A stretch of DNA of 63,649 nt, filler included, from Choristocarpus tenellus KU-1152 (lineage: Eukaryota > Protista > Phaeophyceae): the NCBI GenBank assembly GCA_964200185.2. It is 11 parts of 11 records of this genome, joined end to end, with 100 filler letters (N's around TTAATTAATTAA, not from the genome) between each part and the next. Parts side by side here need not be neighbours in the genome. Positions count along the whole stretch, not along the records: positions 51,497 to 59,260 come from CAXNAD020005620.1; positions 59,361 to 63,649 come from CAXNAD020015266.1; 9 more parts are not named here. One strand, 5' to 3'. This document shows positions 57,301 through 63,649 of the stretch, one piece after another. The notes beneath the pieces were generated by a model. That model made no database searches, was not told the DNA's origin, and was given only the letters and a program-made list of their open reading frames with translations. The translations under genes were made by a program, and so were the position numbers. Position 1 is the first letter of the stretch. Each line of letters opens with the position of its first letter.

Positions 57301-57918
57301 GGAACTTGTGACTGCCTTCAAATTCTTAAGTGTTGTCGTCCACTGCCTATATAGTGGTGCAGTCTGATTTCGTGCAATTATCGTCTTATCTCCAAGTTGG
57401 GCCAATCCTTCCACTTGAGTCAACATCAGGTTTTCTCGCTGCATCCAATTTGGGTAGACATCCATGCGCGCTTGCCCTCAACTAGTGCTCCTTTCTCCCC
57501 AGTTGTACCCCCCACAATTCTCATTCTTCATGTGGCATACAGCCTCTTTGTTGATACCCTCAAAAACCTGTATGTTTGTGTCACACCACCCCGGAGTGAT
57601 TTCAGACAATTCTCTAGCAAACCCAAGTGGCGGGACTATGCTATATGGATTACTTTTGTCATCACACGCCCTGCATGCTGCAGACCGGCTAGATATCAAC
57701 AAGCCCAACCAAAAACCAGGCAGCAGCTCTGCCCTTCAACCCGTAACGAACCTTTCCTCTTGGGATCGTTTGCAGGTTGTATTTTGCACCACCCTCTTGA
57801 AGCACGATCCTTGACGTCACCCCAATCCCATCAATCCCATCCACTCCGGCGTTTGCTCGCGTTCTCCCAATTCTGCCGTGCAGGGCGGGGGAGTGGTGCA
57901 GGCCGAGGTAGGAGTGAC

Positions 57919-58862
57919 ATGGTTGTGGAGGGTGCTGCAGCACAGCGACAGCTCTCCCGGAGCCTATTTGTTCCCCGCAGTCTCGAGGGCTACGAGAGAC
58001 ATATGCGTGATATTCTCTGTGAGGGGTACTTAGAGCGGAAGGGCAGGACTTCAGATACCTGGCACATGCGTTGGTTCCTCCTCAAGGTCAGATTTGAGTC
58101 CAAAAGACTTTTCCATACGAAATGACGAAATGGCAGCTGTTACTGTGCTGCCTGGTTCTTTTTCTTCTTTTTTTTGGTGCGGGCAAGGTATTGTCACGTG
58201 TTTGTGACAAGTGTGGGGTGCTGGCGTGCCTTGTGTTTGTTCCATGTATTGAGTGCCCTTCGTAAGGTGGGCGGTGATACGTGACCGTATCCCCTACGTC
58301 TGCTGCAGCTGCGGGCGGTTTCTTCAGGACATGAAGTTGAAGACATACTTGTTGGTTGCAACACGTCCCGCATTGGGGAGAGATCTACTTTTATTGGTGT
58401 ATACTGGTTAGGGTTAGGGTTAGGGTTAGGGTTAGGGTTAGGTGCGTCCAGGTATGTTTATGTGAGTTCCCTCGCATCGGCACAAAGATTCGAAGGAAGA
58501 ACAATTTCGTCCTTATCTCAATCTTTCTCGTACTTTTTTTTTTTTGTTGGTTTGAAGATTTTTTTTTTTTTCAATGTTTCGCACCGCCCGCCTGTCCTCC
58601 TTCCTTCTCCAATCCCCTGAAATTCTTTTTGTAGACCTTGGTTAGTTGAAAGATATGGCACGACCCCTTACTGTCCTCCTATGACTTTGCCTCATCTCTC
58701 TACCTCCCGTTTCTCCCTGTCACGAGAAAGGATGAGACTTTGTCCTACTTCAAGGATCGGAATGAGGCATATGGGCACCGTACCCAGGTGTCGGGTCCAC
58801 TGCACAACCCCAAGACACAGAACCTGCTGGCCTTGGATGAGGTGGAAGCTGTCAGGACAGAG
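57919..58862 (+). CDS. PH-domain protein, 5' exons 57919-58086 and 58731-58862
   Basis: ILCEGYLERKGRTSDTWHMRWFLLK|DETLSYFKD is a typical PH beta1-beta3 signature; phase-0 GT-AG intron. Confidence 0.85.
58406..58442 (+). repeat. Interstitial (TTAGGG)n, longest of several (also ~38394-38424, ~42807-42828, ~45609-45628, ~46777-46792, ~53663-53683)
   Basis: Read directly; all lie in introns or between exons. Confidence 0.95.
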
Positions 58863-59505
58863 GTGAGGAGGGGTGGGTTGGGGAGGCTGTTGGGGTAAAG
58901 GTTCTGATTGTGTTTTTATTTTTATTGATAGTAATGTTTTGATAATACTTTTTTTTCCGTATTTAGCGAAAAGGGCTGTGATCGAGGGTGAAAGTGGAGA
59001 GAGCCAGTGTGTGGATGAAAAAAAATGTCCTTTTTTTCTTTTCGACTCTATCGAAGGCTGTACACACCTGCGGCAATGCAACTTCTGAATGTCGACTATT
59101 GGAGTGTGTGTGATGAGTGCAACTCCATATTATTTTGTTGAATGATGTTGTCCTTATAGGGCCACCTTCCCCCCCCCCCCCCTCCAGTCCATCGCCCTCT
59201 CTTAACATTCCCATATTGAACTCTCCTTCATCACAATTACCTTTCCCCTGTCTTTTTAAANNNNNNNNNNNNNNNNNNNNNNNNNNNNNNNNNNNNNNNN
59301 NNNNTTAATTAATTAANNNNNNNNNNNNNNNNNNNNNNNNNNNNNNNNNNNNNNNNNNNNCTGGACTCAATTGCAAAAGGTGACGCACGCAAATGTATAT
59401 GACCGTGCGTAGAATACTCATCAATGTCGGAGATCCTCAAAAAAGTAACCCATCCCTGACAGAAGTAATAAATACGTAAACCTTATTCGGTGTTGAGAGC
59501 TAAGT

Positions 59506-60036
59506 TCAAAGGGCTGCGATGACCTGTCCCCGTGCGACTTGCTCTTTGTACATCCTATGCAGTTCTAGAATTGCTCTCCGTCCAAGGCTCCCCCTAGGAT
59601 GTCCAGCACCCTCGCGGGCATCATGTTTTGTTTCGGTGCCCGAGGATTCGGTGCCAGAGGTCGCATTGCCATCACCGCCAGTTGACTTGCGTCGCAATTC
59701 TTGTGAAGAGTTGTTCATCACGGCGGATGCCGATCCCCCCCTACTGTCATTCGTTCGCTTCCCCGCACATGTCTTCCAACCCTCATCATCGAGCTTGGCC
59801 AAGAATACACGTTCTCCGTCGTAGTTGCAACCTCTCTTTGATTTCTTGTTCCGGAGTGATTGACTGGTCCACTTGATCAAGAGCGAAACCCCCTCTCGAC
59901 ACACGGCAATCACCAGTGCGTACGCTCTGCCCAACCTCAGCCTTCGACTTCTTCTTCTGTGAAACTTGGAACCTGGAGGTAGAGACCACGCCACGATATC
60001 CAGCACCTCTTTCGACAGAGGGGCTTCCGCCACCAA
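59506..60036 (-). CDS. Family A orphan ORF (176 aa), repeat-borne
   Basis: First ~87 aa are homologous to ORF 61575-61880 and to the stop-containing relic at ~24420-24682. Confidence 0.4.
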   Translation of the reverse strand: MVAEAPLSKEVLDIVAWSLPPGSKFHRRRSRRLRLGRAYALVIAVCREGVSLLIKWTSQSLRNKKSKRGCNYDGERVFLAKLDDEGWKTCAGKRTNDSRGGSASAVMNNSSQELRRKSTGGDGNATSGTESSGTETKHDAREGAGHPRGSLGRRAILELHRMYKEQVARGQVIAAL

Positions 60037-60205
60037 TTTGGCGAGTTCTGCGTCGATACTCTATGTTGTAGTGAGCTGCGTGTTGAAGGTTAAGCTCCGA
60101 AAGCCTCGCACAGAGCGTGCTTGGATGAACGAAACCGTGGAGGTCGGCTCATCTCGATTAATTTCAAGTTGAGATAAGGCGAGTTGATCGGTGATCATCA
60201 CCATA

Positions 60206-61254
60206 TGGTGTTGGCAGTCGCCTCCATAGTGTTGGCATTCACCTCTAGGATCAGACCAGCCTTGAATTTTTTGAAACGGTTGCCCAACGAGTTAAACGAC
60301 GATCAGCATATCGGATGAAAGTTCTTGATCTAAGCTATCGAGTTCCGGAAAGGAACTCTCTCGAAAAATTATATTGGTAAGGTTAAATTTTAACCGAATG
60401 CTTTCGGCACAACCTTGAAAATGTTTTGGAATGAATTATCACGAGCAAAAATATGTTCCCGAAATAATTCCTTTGCATAAATCAATACTCTAGATCCAGA
60501 CCTTTCCTTTGATATGCTGATAGTAACTAACTAGTAGGATAACCTCGGCTTGACACTGTGTAAGTCACTCACAGGACACTATGACCCAAAATGAGGTTCG
60601 AGTTGTGGCCTGCCCCTCACACGACACTGTAAATTGAACCCGATAGAGATGGTCTGGGGGTGGGTGAAGCACTATGTACGAGGCCGCTGTGACTACATGT
60701 TGCCTGGAATGAGAGCCAACATTCCTGTCAGTTTTAAGGAGGAAGGGGGGCTGTCCAGAGTAATTGTGGAGAGGTTCTTCAGGATGAGTATTGCTTACCA
60801 CCTGACATATTCTAACGAGAAAGATATAGAGTGCACCAAATTGAGCAGGTTGTACAAGACATTTAAGTCTCACAGGAGGCCTGCACCTTCAGAATACCTC
60901 ATTTGACTTGGCATAGATTGTCTGCTTCAGAGGCCCGGGCCCCCATGAGTGACAACATCGCATAAACGGGGAATAATGGAAAGAGAAGTGAGAGGCAAAA
61001 ACGCCCATGTTCTCCAGGTGGAGATGGTCTCTTCTGGAGTCAAAATTGTCCTTAAATGCGCGGTTCGCGCGCGTGGACTACTTGATTTAAGTATGGTTCT
61101 GTATTTCTCACGATTACTGCAAGTTGACCAACCAAGCCCATCGAATAAGGTTGAACAAAATTATGCGATTACAACAAACGAATTTTTATGAAATAAATTG
61201 TTGATCAAAAGTTAAACACAACAAAGTTGATGCAGGAGGCGACTGCCAACACTA
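60206..61254 (+). mobile_element. ~1.05-kb TIR-bounded, TA-flanked segment carrying an IS630/Tc1-like transposase C-terminal fragment (~60620-60906)
   Basis: TA|TGGTGTTGGCAGTCGCCTCC ... GGAGGCGACTGCCAACACTA|TA (19/20 match); internal HCKLNPIEMVWGWVKHYVRGRCDY...FKSHRR motif of DDE_3-type transposases. Confidence 0.78.
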
Positions 61255-62037
61255 TAGGACAGAATTTGTCCTGATCTAACTTTTGATCAGAGAGGAGTTT
61301 TTCGTCGAAATAAAGCTCGATGTGACCCTTGAATCACTCCTAACAACATTAGATAGGATGTAGTTGGTCGTGGTGCAATGGGCGAGAGGGCGGTTTTCCT
61401 GACTAAAATCAAGTGATTTTCCTCTCTAAAATCAATATACTTAGACATCCATCCGTCCGTCGTCCAGTATATGGCTTGGAGGGCTGTTTCTCCTCTCCTA
61501 GCACAGTTTTTTCACGGGAGAAGAAGAGTCGTGATCCTCCATGTCTCATCCTTCTGTGTGCAACCCTAAATGCTTCATTGATATTGTAGCTCCACTGTTA
61601 TCACTAGAAGCTCATCAGACAGCCAGCCCTCATCATCGACCTCAGCCAAGAATACACGCTCTCCGCCGTAGTCGCGACCCCTCTTTGATTTCTTGTTCCG
61701 CAGTGATTGACTGATCCACTCGATCAAGCGCGAGTCCCCCTCTCGACACACGGTAATCACCAGCGCATACGCTCTGCTCAACCTCAGCCTTCGACTTCTT
61801 CTGTGAAACTTGAAGCCTGGAGGTAGAGACTGCACCATGATATCCAGCACGTCCTTCGGCAGAGGGGCTTCCGCAACCATTGTGCCGAGTTTTGCGTGGA
61901 TGATCTACGTTGTAGAGAGCTGCGTGCGAAGGTTAAGCTCCGAAAGCCTTGCACAGTATATTGTTAACAGCCACCTTTATGATTGTATCACAGGTCTTGA
62001 TTAATTTCGAGCTGATGCAAGGCGACCTGATAGGTGA
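61255..62037. mobile_element. Repeat family A, copy 3 (ORF 61575-61880 on minus)
   Basis: Colinear with 24078-24803. Confidence 0.85.
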
Positions 62038-62247
62038 TCAGCATATCAAAGTAAAGCGGATATCATAAGAAATCGATTGGTGCAAAGAAATCCAGTCGCA
62101 AAAAAAAATCCTGATACGATTTTCAGCGATTTTTATTTTTTTGGCAATTCAACCGAACCATTCGGCATTTCCTAACTCGACACAAAGAAATTTGCGACCA
62201 GATTTCTTTGCGCCAATCGACATGCACTTGGTCAATGCACCAGCTTC

Positions 62248-63588
62248 TTATTGAGGATGAGCGAGACACGGATTGGTGTGCAGAAAGAGCACATATGCTT
62301 GTTTTTAATGTTGCGGCACTTTTGGAAGGCCCCGCTACGAATGGGAATCCATCCCGACGAAGGTGGTAGTAGGACAGTGTGTGGGGGGCGGAAATGATGT
62401 CGTTTGATCGTCGTGTACATGTATGCCCTGCGTTGGCTTGCTTGCTTGAATTGAAAGCGCGTTCATGATCAAACTCTCTCTTCAATACCGTTATTCAATG
62501 GTTTCCGTCCTGTGTGCGTCCTTGAACAGCAAGCGCGGTGTTGGCGGTGAGCTGGTCCCTGTTGCCTAAGCAGTCTCGTTGGATGACAATGGACGGAGCT
62601 AACTGATCATATACATTTGCGTGCGTCACCTTTTGCAATTGAGTCCAGGGCAAGTGATGTGTTGTGCGTCAGACGCACGACCGGCACGCGGTAACCCCAA
62701 CATGAACGGTGGATTCAAATCCGCAAAGCCGAGATTGTTTTTTCTGTTCTGGCTGGTCACAACCAATCACATTGAAGATTGGTCAACATGGAACTCTGAG
62801 GTTGTCAACATACACCTAGCATGCCTCACTCTCATCTTTCACTTCCTTTCTGAACCTCATCTCTGGTGGTTCTCATCACCCCCCATGATACAGAACCAGA
62901 CCCCATTAATTGGTACTCACGCCGGGGCTCGAACCTGAGACCCCCCCTCTATCAGAGCCTCACACAGAACCAGGCGCCACTACACTTCAATTATGGAGTA
63001 TGTTTTCCTAAATCTATGATGAATAGTATAAATAACACCATAATTTTACATAATAAGAGCCCACTGGTCCATCTTCTATGGGCACATGAACTGAAAACTT
63101 GGTCAAGAAAACCATCTTTGTTTTACCTCACTTCATATACACATAGGTTCCATAACAAAAGAGGGCCACTCCACCTATTTGATATAGTCTGACTACAAAG
63201 AGCCGATCATCAAAATTGAGGATAGAGCTTTTTATTGAGGATGAGCGAGACGCGGATTGGTGTGCGGAAAGCGCATATATGTTTTTTTTTTAATGTTGCG
63301 GCACTTTTGGAAGGCCCCGTTACGAATAGGAATCCATCCCGACGAAGGTGGTAGTAGGACAGTGTGTGGGGGGCGGCAATGACTTCGTTTGATCATTGTG
63401 TACATGTATGCCCTGCGTTGGCTTGCTTGCTTGCTTGAATTGAAAGCGCGTTCGTGATCAAACTCTCTCTTCAACACCGTTATTCTATGGTTTCCGTCCT
63501 GTGTGCGTCCTTGAATGGCAAGCTCGGTGTTGGCGGTGAGCTGGTCCCCGTTGCCTAAGCAGTCTCGTTGGATGACAATGGACGGAGC
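62248..63588. repeat. ~355-bp direct repeat pair (62248-62599 and 63232-63588)
   Basis: Highly similar copies ~630 bp apart. Confidence 0.92.
62911..62999 (-). ncRNA. Degenerate tRNA-like sequence (SINE head or tRNA pseudogene)
   Basis: Minus strand reads ...GTGTAGTGG (A-box-like)...TCAGGTTCGAGCCCCGG (T-arm/B-box) CGTGAGTACCA; the cloverleaf is not intact. Confidence 0.55.
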
Positions 63589-63649
63589 AAACTGTTCGAG
63601 CCAGCCCTTTTCATGGATAGACTTGCTGACGCGCGCAAGGCCACCCTCG

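Overview
Eukaryotic, intron-rich, transposon-dense DNA, not a prokaryotic window. It is an artificial concatenation of 11 contigs joined by ten 100-bp linkers (N44-TTAATTAATTAA-N44), so adjacency across linkers has no biological meaning. Host genes, all partial and spliced: (1) a large minus-strand ZFC3H1/Red1-like gene (C3H1 zinc finger plus HAT repeats) that ends in a leucine-rich-repeat domain; (2) four RUVBL1 exons; (3) four DRC7/CCDC135-like exons; (4) the 5' end of a PH-domain gene; (5) one unidentified gene. The rest is mostly decayed mobile DNA: two chromodomain Ty3/Gypsy integrase copies, one LTR, IS630/Tc1-like transposase fragments, an intron-containing Sola-like transposase pseudogene, and several MITE families. 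The main MITE has GAG...CTC ends and flanking duplications of either 3 or 4 bp. There is also a three-copy orphan ORF family, a tRNA-like relic, and many short intronic (TTAGGG)n tracts. The gene style, a flagellar gene and TTAGGG suggest a stramenopile such as a brown alga (inference only). No CRISPR, Fanzor/TnpB or prokaryotic system is supportable. The best leads are the ZFC3H1-LRR fusion and the variable-TSD MITE/Sola-like transposase pair.
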